From IMG/VR virus record IMGVR_UViG_3300011430_000011, positions 1-63,600 of that record: a stretch of DNA of 63,600 bases; one strand, 5' to 3'. Positions 1-8,846 of the stretch are shown piece after piece. Both the position numbers and the translations under genes were made by a program. Position 1 is the first letter of the stretch, and the number at the start of each line of letters is the position of its first letter. The notes under the pieces were generated by a model. The model did no database searches. It saw only the letters and a program-made list of their open reading frames with translations, and was not told where the DNA came from. The DNA is from a virus (Duplodnaviria > Caudoviricetes).

Positions 1-228
1 CGGACAGAGAGAATAAGCTCTGCTCGGGTACGACCCGTTGTCCGATCAAAGCGACGATCTGGACAAGGAGGAGTAAACCACATGTCAAATCTGTGGAAGA
101 TGACCCAACACGAGCGTCTCATGAGAGACGCCATCAGCAAAGCCGGAAGGAGATAACTATCATCGCCTATCTCAAGAAACTCTGGATCATCATCACCACC
201 CCTCGTAACCGGAAGGACTGGTAACACA

Positions 229-480
229 GTGGAAGAGCCAGGAGAAGCATATTACGTCGATCTGGCCATTCGGACTGTCCATCACCATATCAAAGACACC
301 GACCTTCCACCGCCACACATTGGCCACCCGCACCGCGAGGCTTATCTCAAAGCCTTCCGCGAGACACGTACCAGCATTAGAGAAAAAGACCTCTCATACT
401 TTTACACCCACTGCTCGAAGTGTGGTGGAGAGTTTGACAGCGAAGGATGGTGCCCCAACTACTGCACAAACGAGGAGTAG
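229..480 (+). CDS. Hypothetical early protein with C-terminal Zn ribbon
   Basis: CSKC...CPNYC; GGAAGGA upstream. Confidence 0.65.
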   Translation: MEEPGEAYYVDLAIRTVHHHIKDTDLPPPHIGHPHREAYLKAFRETRTSIREKDLSYFYTHCSKCGGEFDSEGWCPNYCTNEE

Positions 481-482
481 CA

Positions 483-689
483 ATGGAACCAAAGCAGAAA
501 AGCTACGTCACCACGGATCAGCTGCAAGAGCTTGATCTGGTCGGACGCTCTTATTACATCTTCTGTCTCGAGCTGGCTGAGGCAGCCATCTACCAAGCTC
601 GAATGCTTGTGAGAGACGACATCACCGACGAAAATCACGCTCTTGGTCAGATCGAAGCTCTGATCATGCAGGCAATCGAGGCATCATGA
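483..689 (+). CDS. Hypothetical early protein
   Basis: GAGGAG RBS then ATG 483; ATGA overlap with next gene. Confidence 0.7.
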   Translation: MEPKQKSYVTTDQLQELDLVGRSYYIFCLELAEAAIYQARMLVRDDITDENHALGQIEALIMQAIEAS

Positions 690-1153
690 CCAAACAATAC
701 TTCGAGCACACTGACCACAACGGCACTACCTGGGAGTTCACTTACTTAGTGGACCACTGGGTTGAATCAGAGGACCAAGTCCGTGACTGCATGCTCTATC
801 GTCGCAAAGAAAAAACAGTATGGACCGATGCTGAGATGTGGATCGAGCCGCCTCCTGGCTTCGAGGATTACACCCACGGTGCCAGGATCGAGGACAAGTG
901 GGACAAACTGGACAACCAAACAATAGACCATATCGCTTCGAACTTCGCACCAAGATTCCAACTTGACCGTGAGTTCATCGAGCCCCTCTGGCAAAACGCC
1001 ACTTCTCAGGTAAGAGATCACCGTGAGAGCAGGGTCAACACTGATGACAAGAGCTTCATAGACTGGTACTCGGCCAGAGAAGTTTCGATCAAGCGTGTAA
1101 TCGGTGCAACTGATCTTCTCCTTTACGGTCAAACCTCTATTGAAGCAATCTAA
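686..1153 (+). CDS. Hypothetical early protein
   Basis: 155-aa ORF, translationally coupled. Confidence 0.75.
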   Translation: MTKQYFEHTDHNGTTWEFTYLVDHWVESEDQVRDCMLYRRKEKTVWTDAEMWIEPPPGFEDYTHGARIEDKWDKLDNQTIDHIASNFAPRFQLDREFIEPLWQNATSQVRDHRESRVNTDDKSFIDWYSAREVSIKRVIGATDLLLYGQTSIEAI

Positions 1154-1166
1154 TCGACTCACGCTC

Positions 1167-1441
1167 GAGCGCATACATGCCCGTCACCGAGCGCATACAT
1201 GCGCTATGCGCGAGTCCAACGAATAGTAAGTAAAAGATGAAAAGAATAAGAACACACAGCCAAAACTGCAACGCGCGTCCCTGCTCTGTCCCCGTACGCG
1301 CGCGCAGGCACAACGCGCATGGGCCGCTAGCTACGTATTGCACTTTTTTTCTTCCCTCGAGCGCATACGTTGTGTCTCTATATGTAGAGAGAACAAAGAG
1401 TATATGGAGACAGAGAAGGTAATGCGCGCATACATGCGCTC
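1167..1441. repeat. Four copies of GAGCGCATAC(ATGCGC) dyad motif in an intergenic region with A- and T-rich tracts
   Basis: Copies at 1167, 1189, 1359, 1426; related copy at 15783. Confidence 0.75.
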
Positions 1442-1525
1442 GGGAGAGTTTTTCGAAACTAACACCACCCATTTTCGGCTAAAGTGCTTCCCGCTGCGCG
1501 CCTGCGCGAGTCGAAGGAGGAGCCA

Positions 1526-1852
1526 ATGTACGAACTGACAGTTAAGATCAACAACGACCAACGAACATTTCATCGAAGGAGGATCTCGGCGATCTTGAAG
1601 GCACTGCTAGACCTAATAGAGCAGTACCCGAACCAGATCGAACTCGTGAGCTATAGTCCAGCTGTCGGTGCAGTAGTAACAAACCCAGCAGCAGGTTACG
1701 AGCACGACACCGAACGCATAACCGTGTCTGTGCTCGACCCGGACGACGGTCATGAGGTTTGGTCGGAAGAGATCGACGCGAGCCAGGTCAACGCTTTCAA
1801 AGCGGACGTCAAGCGGAACCCGAAGAAGGGTCTCGTTGTCACCATCAAGTAA
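1526..1852 (+). CDS. Hypothetical protein
   Basis: AAGGAGGAG RBS before ATG 1526. Confidence 0.75.
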   Translation: MYELTVKINNDQRTFHRRRISAILKALLDLIEQYPNQIELVSYSPAVGAVVTNPAAGYEHDTERITVSVLDPDDGHEVWSEEIDASQVNAFKADVKRNPKKGLVVTIK

Positions 1853-1857
1853 CGACA

Positions 1858-2054
1858 ACGACTGTCTGTTGCGGACACCTTACCGTAACGAGCATCCGGC
1901 CTATTCGCAAGCAAGGCTCAGGATCAGCTGCGCTACCACAAACTTCCCGAGCGGTGTGCCCGACTCACACCGTGCTCAACACAAAGAAGGAGCGGACGGA
2001 TGTGGCGGGAATGAGGTACCCCGGAACAGCGTGAACTCGTCAGCAGACAGTCGT
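1858..2054 (+). ncRNA. Candidate structured RNA, 197 nt
   Basis: 1858-1871 ACGACTGTCTGTTG pairs with 2041-2054 CAGCAGACAGTCGT (one G-U); internal hairpins; intergenic. Confidence 0.5.
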
Positions 2055-2205
2055 GGCGGCCGGTATCTCGGGCTCTGTCGGTCGTCAAACTCTTTCAAGC
2101 GTAACACCTTACATAACTTCGAACAACTTCGGGTCCGAAAAGTAGTAGGATCCGTGGGGCGTACAAGGTACGTCGTCTACAAACAAAGAGAAAGGGAGCA
2201 ATCAC

Positions 2206-2784
2206 ATGGCACGCACCCGTCCCAGCGCTACGAAGCCTCAAGCTTCGAAGCCTACCACGGACAACGGCAAGGCCGACGCCGATGCAACGAAGAAGGCGAA
2301 GGCCGACACCGAGGCCAAGCGTCAGCAGCGCGAGAACCAGGAAGCCAGCCACACGCAAGCTCTGCTCAAGCGTGTCGGCAAGCACCCGGCGCTCGGTACC
2401 GAGAACAAGGGAGAGAGTCTCTCTGCAGTAGCCTCAGACCTTTCCATCACCGCAGGCAAGGCGGCATTCCTGCTCATGATCCAGGCGGTCAAGGACGGAG
2501 ACGTTCCGGCCATCACCGGCAAGGATGACGAGACCCTGCTGAAGAACATCAACACAGCGCGTCTCAAGGTCGACCGCTTCAGCTCTTGGGGATGGCTCGC
2601 GGCGAGGGCCAGCAAGAGCGAGGGCTTCATCAAGGTCGGACTCGAGAAGCTCGGACTCTTCACACCGAAGGCCGAGAACATCGCGTCAAAGAGAGCCGAG
2701 CTCAACCCGCCGAAGCCGAAGGCAACCAAGACGGCCAAGCCGGGAACCAAGCGCACCCGGCCGAAGGCGAAGGGAAACGCCTAA
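2206..2784 (+). CDS. Lys/Ala-rich basic protein, possibly DNA-binding
   Basis: AAGGGAG RBS; basic low-complexity termini; strongly C/G-ending codons. Confidence 0.8.
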   Translation: MARTRPSATKPQASKPTTDNGKADADATKKAKADTEAKRQQRENQEASHTQALLKRVGKHPALGTENKGESLSAVASDLSITAGKAAFLLMIQAVKDGDVPAITGKDDETLLKNINTARLKVDRFSSWGWLAARASKSEGFIKVGLEKLGLFTPKAENIASKRAELNPPKPKATKTAKPGTKRTRPKAKGNA

Positions 2785-3059
2785 CTCTCGAGGACCTCGG
2801 CGACTTAACCAGGCTGAAAGAGATACTCAAGCCTGGTCGACGTATCTGGGTCTATCACGACCGCTTCGACCCGATCGAGTTGAGAATCGTCGGTACACCA
2901 ACTGTCGTCCCTGCCGGTCCTAAGACTATCAAGGTCTTGGACAAGTGGGGACGGCGGACGGTGGACAAAGTTGTCGGGTATGCAGCACAGCCCTATGTCA
3001 AGGTCTACACAGATCACGGCATGAGGTTTCTCGAGATTAAAGACTTCACAGTAGGGTGA
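2772..3059 (+). CDS. Predicted -1 frameshift extension of the 2206 gene (~92 extra aa)
   Basis: G_GGA_AAC at 2772-2778 just before TAA; -1 frame open to 3059 with no own RBS/start near its 5' end. Confidence 0.6.
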   Translation, partial: GKRLTLEDLGDLTRLKEILKPGRRIWVYHDRFDPIELRIVGTPTVVPAGPKTIKVLDKWGRRTVDKVVGYAAQPYVKVYTDHGMRFLEIKDFTVG

Positions 3060-3122
3060 CACGACAACAGTCGCCTAACACTGCGAAGAGAGCAGCGGCT
3101 CTTCAGTCTGGGTCTGGAGGGC

Positions 3123-3193
3123 TCGCTGCCTGAAGGGTCTGGCTCCGTCTACTACGTGGCGTGGGCGACAGGGCTGGACCCTTCAGGGAGCGA
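3123..3193 (+). promoter_or_regulatory. Long hairpin (RNA processing/regulatory candidate)
   Basis: CCTGAAGGGTC 3129-3139 / GACCCTTCAGG 3177-3187 plus TCGCT/AGCGA. Confidence 0.55.
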
Positions 3194-3215
3194 CTAGCTG
3201 AAAGGAGGGAGCTAT

Positions 3216-3368
3216 ATGCAGAAAGACTGGTTCGCCTGGTTCTTCTCAGCCAGATACCCAAATCAAAGCTGCTTGACAGCAGTATCAGGTGAGATGATCG
3301 GTCTCGAACCAGTAACGGACGTCTTGGCGCACGCGCTTGGTGTGTGTCTGCCAAAACCAACCCCGTGA
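3216..3368 (+). CDS. Small hypothetical protein, 50 aa (not in ORF track)
   Basis: AAAGGAGGGAG RBS; MQKDWFAWFF... Confidence 0.55.
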   Translation: MQKDWFAWFFSARYPNQSCLTAVSGEMIGLEPVTDVLAHALGVCLPKPTP

Positions 3369-3378
3369 GTTCACACCA

Positions 3379-3459
3379 GATGCGGCGCAGGGCTAGCCAG
3401 CAAGCCCGGAGAGGCGACAGAGCCGTGCAAGGGTAGCCAGGCTACCCTGACGCCGCATC
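3379..3459 (+). promoter_or_regulatory. Long hairpin followed by tandem CTACAAA and RBS
   Basis: GATGCGGCG/CGCCGCATC plus CAGGG(C)TAGCC/GGCTACCCTG. Confidence 0.55.
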
Positions 3460-3494
3460 CAAACCGCTACAAACCGCTACAAACAAAGGAGTGA

Positions 3495-3686
3495 TTGTCT
3501 ATGCACACTTCGATCACCACCGAAAGAATCATCGAAGCTGTGAATGAAGACGACAGTCTCGGCTTCTGCACTGCGTGTGGTGAGGAAGCGTACAATGTCG
3601 AGCCAGATGCAAGGAAGTACGAGTGTGAGAGTTGCGGAGCAGAAAAGGTCTACGGAGCAGAGGAACTGCTCCTGATGTTGGTCTGA
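3495..3686 (+). CDS. Small Zn-ribbon protein
   Basis: CTAC...VEPDA...CESC, typical small phage protein. Confidence 0.8.
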   Translation: MSMHTSITTERIIEAVNEDDSLGFCTACGEEAYNVEPDARKYECESCGAEKVYGAEELLLMLV

Positions 3687-3868
3687 TGTACACCGTAACG
3701 ATCAAGTTCCCGCAAGGTCCGACAATCAGCGACGACGATAGTACTCTTGTCACTGTCGTCAAATGGGTACACACCAAGGAAGAGGCCAACGATCTTCAGC
3801 AAGCTGCCCTCACACTTGGTGCGGACTCAGTCAACATCCAAAAGCCAAAGAAAGGGAGCACATCATGA
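3686..3868 (+). CDS. Hypothetical protein
   Basis: TGATG overlap with upstream gene. Confidence 0.6.
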   Translation: MYTVTIKFPQGPTISDDDSTLVTVVKWVHTKEEANDLQQAALTLGADSVNIQKPKKGSTS

Positions 3869-4044
3869 AGAACGTGGACATGAAGGTCACCGGCAACAAG
3901 CTCGTAATCACCGTCGACCTGAGCGAGTCTCAGGGCAAGTCAGCCTCAGGGAAAAGCGAGATCATCGCCACAACCGGAGGCAACCAGGATGTCCCTCAGA
4001 AGGAAGGCGTCAAGATCGGACTCAACATCTACCGCAAGGTATAG
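3865..4044 (+). CDS. Small phage protein (SASGKS..IATTGGN motif)
   Basis: AAGGGAG RBS; motif recalled from small phage proteins. Confidence 0.7.
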   Translation: MKNVDMKVTGNKLVITVDLSESQGKSASGKSEIIATTGGNQDVPQKEGVKIGLNIYRKV

Positions 4045-4051
4045 CAGAGTC

Positions 4052-4339
4052 ATGTACCATCTCGACCTGATAAACAAGCTCAGAGTCGAGGCCGACAAGG
4101 TCGCGGCTGACATCAGCGGAGACAATCCAAGCGTTGATGTCAGCTACGACCTGTGGGTTGAGGAGGAGTTCTCATTCTCCGAAGATCAAACCAAACTCAC
4201 AATCGGCGTCATCGACATGGGCGACTCATTCCAGGCTGTCTATCGCTGGTGCGAAGACCGCTGGGAGAGAGTTGATGGCTGGAGCACTTACGAAATCATC
4301 AACCAACTTGTAGAAATGAGAAGCATGCCAGATGGCTAG
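4052..4339 (+). CDS. Hypothetical acidic protein
   Basis: In tandem early array. Confidence 0.65.
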   Translation: MYHLDLINKLRVEADKVAADISGDNPSVDVSYDLWVEEEFSFSEDQTKLTIGVIDMGDSFQAVYRWCEDRWERVDGWSTYEIINQLVEMRSMPDG

Positions 4340-4562
4340 TAACAAGATTGTCGACCGCCGCAGGACCCCAGAGATCGTTGACGGAAAGACCGTCTGGGTA
4401 CACCAGAGAACATCAGCAACACACAGCTTTGGCCGAACAGTAACACGTGAAATCGTTGCACCCGGCCAACGCTCACAGGACCTTGAAGGTGCTCTCTTTG
4501 ACGTGCGTACCAAGTCAGGTCTCAGCAAGATAGGCTACGAGCGAATCAAGAAGGAGGAATAG
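4332..4562 (+). CDS. Hypothetical protein
   Basis: Overlap-coupled ORF. Confidence 0.6.
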   Translation: MASNKIVDRRRTPEIVDGKTVWVHQRTSATHSFGRTVTREIVAPGQRSQDLEGALFDVRTKSGLSKIGYERIKKEE

Positions 4563-4709
4563 GTGCCCAACTACGAGATCACCATCGTGATCGACAGCAT
4601 CAGCGCCGCAAACGCAGCAGACACCGTGGAAGCTATTGATAGGCTCTTGAAGGAGGACCTATTGCACAAGGACTTTCACATCGAGTACATCATGGCAGAG
4701 GAGGACTGA
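4563..4709 (+). CDS. Small hypothetical protein
   Basis: AAGGAGG RBS, GTG start, TGATG overlap downstream. Confidence 0.6.
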   Translation: MPNYEITIVIDSISAANAADTVEAIDRLLKEDLLHKDFHIEYIMAEED

Positions 4710-5011
4710 TGGGCAGCATACTTTACATCGAAGTACCAGAGCGCAAGAACAAGGCCATGCAACTGGTCAGCATGCACAGCGCTATCGCCATCATTGGACA
4801 GCCGCTTTTCGAAGCGACACCTGAAGGAGAAGTTCTGTTGTGTGTCGTCGAGAACTCAATGTTTGACGCGATTGCGATTTGCTGCAACTACGACGACTAC
4901 ACCAGACTCCTACCAACGCCCGACGACCTCCGTCCAAGGACGTGGCTTTACCTCGACCGAGCGACAGTCATCAAGCTGCAACCACTGGCTGAGGACTTGC
5001 CTGATGATTGA
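4709..5011 (+). CDS. Hypothetical protein
   Basis: GAGGAGG RBS. Confidence 0.7.
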   Translation: MGSILYIEVPERKNKAMQLVSMHSAIAIIGQPLFEATPEGEVLLCVVENSMFDAIAICCNYDDYTRLLPTPDDLRPRTWLYLDRATVIKLQPLAEDLPDD

Positions 5012-5195
5012 GGACTGTAGATTCAATGGCCTCGAGAGGGAAAACAGATACTTCTTCATGTTCGTTGGGGGAGTCACGCTGGAAGCGGTACTTCACGAGT
5101 TGTTCCCTGACGGAACACTTAAGGTCTCGAACTCGGGTTGGAGTCACTTCCTCAACCCTGACAACATCGTATACGCACGAGATCTCGGGGACTAA
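5004..5195 (+). CDS. Hypothetical protein
   Basis: GAGGA RBS; MIEDCRF... Confidence 0.55.
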   Translation: MIEDCRFNGLERENRYFFMFVGGVTLEAVLHELFPDGTLKVSNSGWSHFLNPDNIVYARDLGD

Positions 5196-5197
5196 TC

Positions 5198-5455
5198 GTG
5201 ATTACAGTCAACGCGCGAGATGTCGTCGGAACAGGAAGAGCTAACGCGCTCGTAGCGGTAGGGAAGCTCGATACCTTACTCAGCGGTGTTGGCGAGCACA
5301 TGTCCGATAGCAGGAGGCTGTCAGGACTTAAGGAAATAGCCGATTTGATCACCGAGGCAGCCAGTGACATCCTGCTTGCTCAACACATGATGTCAGGTGA
5401 TTGGTCTGACACGACTTACGTAGGAAGGTGGAGCAATGACAAAGAAGAAGACTGA
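5198..5455 (+). CDS. Hypothetical protein
   Basis: Tandem ORF. Confidence 0.6.
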   Translation: MITVNARDVVGTGRANALVAVGKLDTLLSGVGEHMSDSRRLSGLKEIADLITEAASDILLAQHMMSGDWSDTTYVGRWSNDKEED

Positions 5456-5735
5456 TCGTCAGTTCCGAGACAGCGCGACTGAGATCAGAACAGCATACCG
5501 ACAAGGTCGGAAATTCATCGAGCTTGACGGCAAGAAGATGAGGATCACCCGTCACAACCACACCGTCAGCAAGATCATGGGAGGTACGTCGTCGGCGCAT
5601 TACACGAAGCGAGAGATGACCCTTGGAGGATACCGCAAGACCTTCAAGGAATCTTGGCTGGTCGTGATGCCCGCCGATGGCAGCTTGATCCCCTGCTATA
5701 ACATCGCTCTCGACTATCACCAAACGAGGGTCTGA
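5436..5735 (+). CDS. Hypothetical basic protein
   Basis: GGTGGAG RBS. Confidence 0.65.
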   Translation: MTKKKTDRQFRDSATEIRTAYRQGRKFIELDGKKMRITRHNHTVSKIMGGTSSAHYTKREMTLGGYRKTFKESWLVVMPADGSLIPCYNIALDYHQTRV

Positions 5736-5889
5736 TGACTCCTGCACAGAAGAATGCTCTGAAAGAGATTATCCTGTGTGTCAACACCGCTCAAATGGAT
5801 GTTGATGAAGTTGTTCTTCAGCTCAAAGAACTTGGTATCTCACAGCAAGAGTTTGAAGATGCGTACGAGGCTGACGCCGCAAGAAAGGA

Positions 5890-6135
5890 GTGGTGATGGC
5901 AAGTGCAGGACTCATCGAGGCGATGCTCAATGCCGTGGCTGAGAAAAGAGACATCCACAGAGAGCAGGTGGCAAAAGCCATCGGGTGTCTAGACTACGTC
6001 ACCAATCAGTACGATGTCGAGCGCAACGGAGCGGCTAAGGACTTTCACGAACATATGGAGAAAGTCTTCATGAACATGCACACCGAGCTTGTTGAGATCG
6101 TTGAGGATGAGCTCGGACCCAACTGGAAGGAGTAA
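5890..6135 (+). CDS. Hypothetical protein
   Basis: AAAGGAG RBS. Confidence 0.65.
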   Translation: MVMASAGLIEAMLNAVAEKRDIHREQVAKAIGCLDYVTNQYDVERNGAAKDFHEHMEKVFMNMHTELVEIVEDELGPNWKE

Positions 6136-6136
6136 C

Positions 6137-6496
6137 ATGAAAGCTCGCATCATCATCGAAGTTGAGAGTGACGAGTACCCCGAACCTCTTGGTGCACTGG
6201 AGAACTTCAGAGTCGCACTTGAGATGCTGCTCTCCTGGCAGTGGGATAACGTCATGGTCTCAGTCGAACGCGATCAAGCTGACGAAGCTGATGAGAAGCT
6301 GCTGAGGCGACTGGAGATGAGCGCGGCGGCTTGCGTTACGTGTGGCGGAACCACGTTCGTACGCGACCAATGCATGGACTGTGGACGGCCTCGCGCCTGC
6401 GCGTTCCCTCATTGCGTCTGTCAGCCCGACGTTGGATGCAGCCCAACGTTCGGCGCTAACGCGCTCCCTGCTGCTGGGTCGGCGGGAGACGAATGA
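6137..6496 (+). CDS. Hypothetical protein with Cys-rich C-terminus
   Basis: AAGGAG RBS; CVTC, CMDC, CxxPHCxC. Confidence 0.65.
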   Translation: MKARIIIEVESDEYPEPLGALENFRVALEMLLSWQWDNVMVSVERDQADEADEKLLRRLEMSAAACVTCGGTTFVRDQCMDCGRPRACAFPHCVCQPDVGCSPTFGANALPAAGSAGDE

Positions 6497-6652
6497 GCGG
6501 CGCGAGCCTGACTCTGTTCCTAATCGTCTGCGCGTTCCTCGTCGTGGTCTTTTCGGTGATGGGACGATGAGCGGGAAAGCGAGCGCCTCGACCAGCGTCC
6601 TCTAGTTGACATCTGCCAGACCTGCGGCAGTGGCCAGGGATATCTATGGCCG

Positions 6653-6853
6653 ATGGCAACTAACGGTAACTCAGAGCATGACTTCGTCGAGCGATGTGGC
6701 AACTGCGATCGTTTTTGGGACGATTGGACTGCCTGGTCGTATCTCAGAGAACGGCTGGAGGAAGAGGGTTTTGATTACGACGGTGGAGAACACTTCATCG
6801 AATCCATTAGGCGTAAGGCTCTATACATCGACAATGTAAGACAGGAGGACTGA
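6653..6853 (+). CDS. Hypothetical protein
   Basis: CGNC; TGATG overlap. Confidence 0.55.
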   Translation: MATNGNSEHDFVERCGNCDRFWDDWTAWSYLRERLEEEGFDYDGGEHFIESIRRKALYIDNVRQED

Positions 6854-7386
6854 TGGATGTTGTAGTGCTAGGGCCAAACCTGAGAGATCAGAGTAAGGGA
6901 ACTTTCCATGTCCATGCCGCCGACTGCTATGACCTCGGCAAGTACGGCCCAGGGCGGCAGTACGGGGGAGATGTTTATCCTTACGCTGAGCCACACATCA
7001 AGGATGCCAGCGTACTAGAGGTTGTAACCCAAACCTACGCTGACCAGATTGACGAGGAGCCTAGAGATTCACAAGCTGAATACATCAGAATGCTTGTCAA
7101 TGACTTCCACTTCTTCCCTTGTGTCGGATCACTTCCATACGATCCTGCTGTGGCTGAGGAGCAGTCTCTGTCAAGGTACGAACTGATCAGTCACGAAGTT
7201 GGTGACAACATAAGTACCGACGAGCTGAGTAGAATAGCCAGATCAGGCTATCTCTACTTTCGAGCTGTAGACATTGGCGGAGACATGTACGACTATCTCT
7301 GCTCCAAAACCCACGACATCAACGAGATGTCCCAAACTGAGGCCGACCTACTCGCCGGCAAAGTCTACTGCCGTCTGACATCATGA
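6853..7386 (+). CDS. Hypothetical protein (FHVHAADC motif)
   Basis: AGGAGG RBS; 177 aa. Confidence 0.75.
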   Translation: MDVVVLGPNLRDQSKGTFHVHAADCYDLGKYGPGRQYGGDVYPYAEPHIKDASVLEVVTQTYADQIDEEPRDSQAEYIRMLVNDFHFFPCVGSLPYDPAVAEEQSLSRYELISHEVGDNISTDELSRIARSGYLYFRAVDIGGDMYDYLCSKTHDINEMSQTEADLLAGKVYCRLTS

Positions 7387-7661
7387 ATGATCTACCGCCA
7401 GGTGTCAACAGCAACATGATTCCAGGCAATAGGTCAGAAGACTTGGCCTACGACAACTTCTGGACAGACTTCGAGAAACGAATGGAACAGGAAAGTGTCC
7501 CGCTCTGGTCTGAAGTTTTCGAGATCTTCGACGACACCCTCATCAAAGCGGTTGACACGGCTTACGAGATGGGCCAGACTATCGGCTATCTTGAAGGGTA
7601 CGAAGCCGGAAAGGAGGAGAGTAGTGTTGAAGGGATACGCGATCTATCGGAGACCAACTGA
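7383..7661 (+). CDS. Hypothetical protein (LPPGV..IPGN motif)
   Basis: ATGA overlap. Confidence 0.7.
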   Translation: MNDLPPGVNSNMIPGNRSEDLAYDNFWTDFEKRMEQESVPLWSEVFEIFDDTLIKAVDTAYEMGQTIGYLEGYEAGKEESSVEGIRDLSETN

Positions 7662-7938
7662 TAGATCTAAGTCACATCATCCGCGACGTATTGGCTACGT
7701 CGTGGCCCAGAGTGAGGTTCTTGCTCTGAAGAGTTTTGCTGGTGACCAGACGCACGAGGTTCACACAGAGAGAGACATATTCGGTAGCTATAAGACTCTT
7801 TACTTGTCCACTACAGTAGGAGTCTCAAGGCTCTATGCATCCCCTGATGCTCCGAGTGACCGCGAGTGGCGGATGATTCTCAACTTCCCACAGCCGTCAG
7901 AGTCCAACCGAAACAGTCTTGTTTTGACGTTCGGCTAA
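7624..7938 (+). CDS. Hypothetical protein
   Basis: AAGGAGGAG RBS before GTG/TTG. Confidence 0.55.
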   Translation: MLKGYAIYRRPTDRSKSHHPRRIGYVVAQSEVLALKSFAGDQTHEVHTERDIFGSYKTLYLSTTVGVSRLYASPDAPSDREWRMILNFPQPSESNRNSLVLTFG

Positions 7939-8002
7939 CTTCGAGCACAAGACGTGCAGTCCACAGGTAGGGTTGTGCCCTGCCGCTACAAAGGAGCTAC
8001 GA

Positions 8003-8212
8003 ATGAAAGAAGTTGAGAAGGCTCAAGCAGCACAACAAGCGATGCTCAACAGGACCATTTACGTCACCGCTCTAGTTGCAATCACTCTTATCGTCGACGG
8101 AGACATGACCGATGATGAGATCTTTGATCTGGCTGGCAGCACCAGTCATTGGGAGGATTGGCAGTTCGTTGGTGACAGAGTTATCGCAAGGGCTGGCGAC
8201 GATGGTCCCTAA
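8003..8212 (+). CDS. Hypothetical protein
   Basis: CTACAAAGGAG RBS. Confidence 0.65.
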   Translation: MKEVEKAQAAQQAMLNRTIYVTALVAITLIVDGDMTDDEIFDLAGSTSHWEDWQFVGDRVIARAGDDGP

Positions 8213-8402
8213 GTTTCCTCATATCAAGGTGACGCTCTTTGGTACAGATGGCAATCATTTTGCAATCATGGGAGTTGTCATCAAGGAGATGAAGCGATCA
8301 GGTGTATCAGCCTCTGTGATAAATGACTTCAGAGCCGAGGCAACAGCTGGTGACTATGACCACCTTCTGCAAACTTGCATGAGGTATGTCGATGTCATCT
8401 AG
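8202..8402 (+). CDS. Small conserved phage protein (G.DGN.FAI.G...GDYDHLL)
   Basis: Recognisable motif. Confidence 0.75.
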   Translation: MVPKFPHIKVTLFGTDGNHFAIMGVVIKEMKRSGVSASVINDFRAEATAGDYDHLLQTCMRYVDVI

Positions 8403-8631
8403 ACATCGTTACCCAGCTCAACCACTCGTCTGGCAAGAGGTCACGAGCAGCAATGTCGAGGCTGTCGCGCACCGGGACGGACGTATGTACGTCCGCTTCA
8501 AGGGAGGCGCGGTTTACGAATATCCAGGTGTGAGCAGACAGCGCGCAGTAGCGTGTCGCTGCTCAGCAAGTGTCGGTCACTACATCAATCGACACATCAT
8601 CCCCAACTTCGAGGCGGTGAAGATAACGTGA
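8386..8631 (+). CDS. KTSC-domain protein
   Basis: VTSSNV.AV....MYVRFKGG.VYEY.GV....SVG.YIN..I matches the KTSC pattern. Confidence 0.85.
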   Translation: MSMSSRHRYPAQPLVWQEVTSSNVEAVAHRDGRMYVRFKGGAVYEYPGVSRQRAVACRCSASVGHYINRHIIPNFEAVKIT

Positions 8632-8846
8632 TTCAAGTCATCTCAATCAACTACGGACCAGGCAGACCAGTCGTCCTTCAAATACGGGGACACCTGACAG
8701 AAGCGGTTTGTAGAGGCCACAATATCATGTCAGAGATACTCGGTGAAGGCAGATGGCGCATAGCCTCTTGCACCTACTCTCCCCCGTCGGCAGATCGATA
8801 TGCAAGTGACGGAGTTGTAGAGATGATGGCGGTGAGGATCACCTGA
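8628..8846 (+). CDS. Hypothetical protein
   Basis: GTGA overlap. Confidence 0.55.
   Translation: MIQVISINYGPGRPVVLQIRGHLTEAVCRGHNIMSEILGEGRWRIASCTYSPPSADRYASDGVVEMMAVRIT

Noticed and set aside
159-224. Third ATC-start mini-ORF after AGGAGA
   Set aside because: Only ~20 codons; too short to support
1752-2528. 258-aa ORF in the track
   Set aside because: Overlaps the structured RNA and the better-supported 2206 gene; Arg/Ser-rich shadow composition
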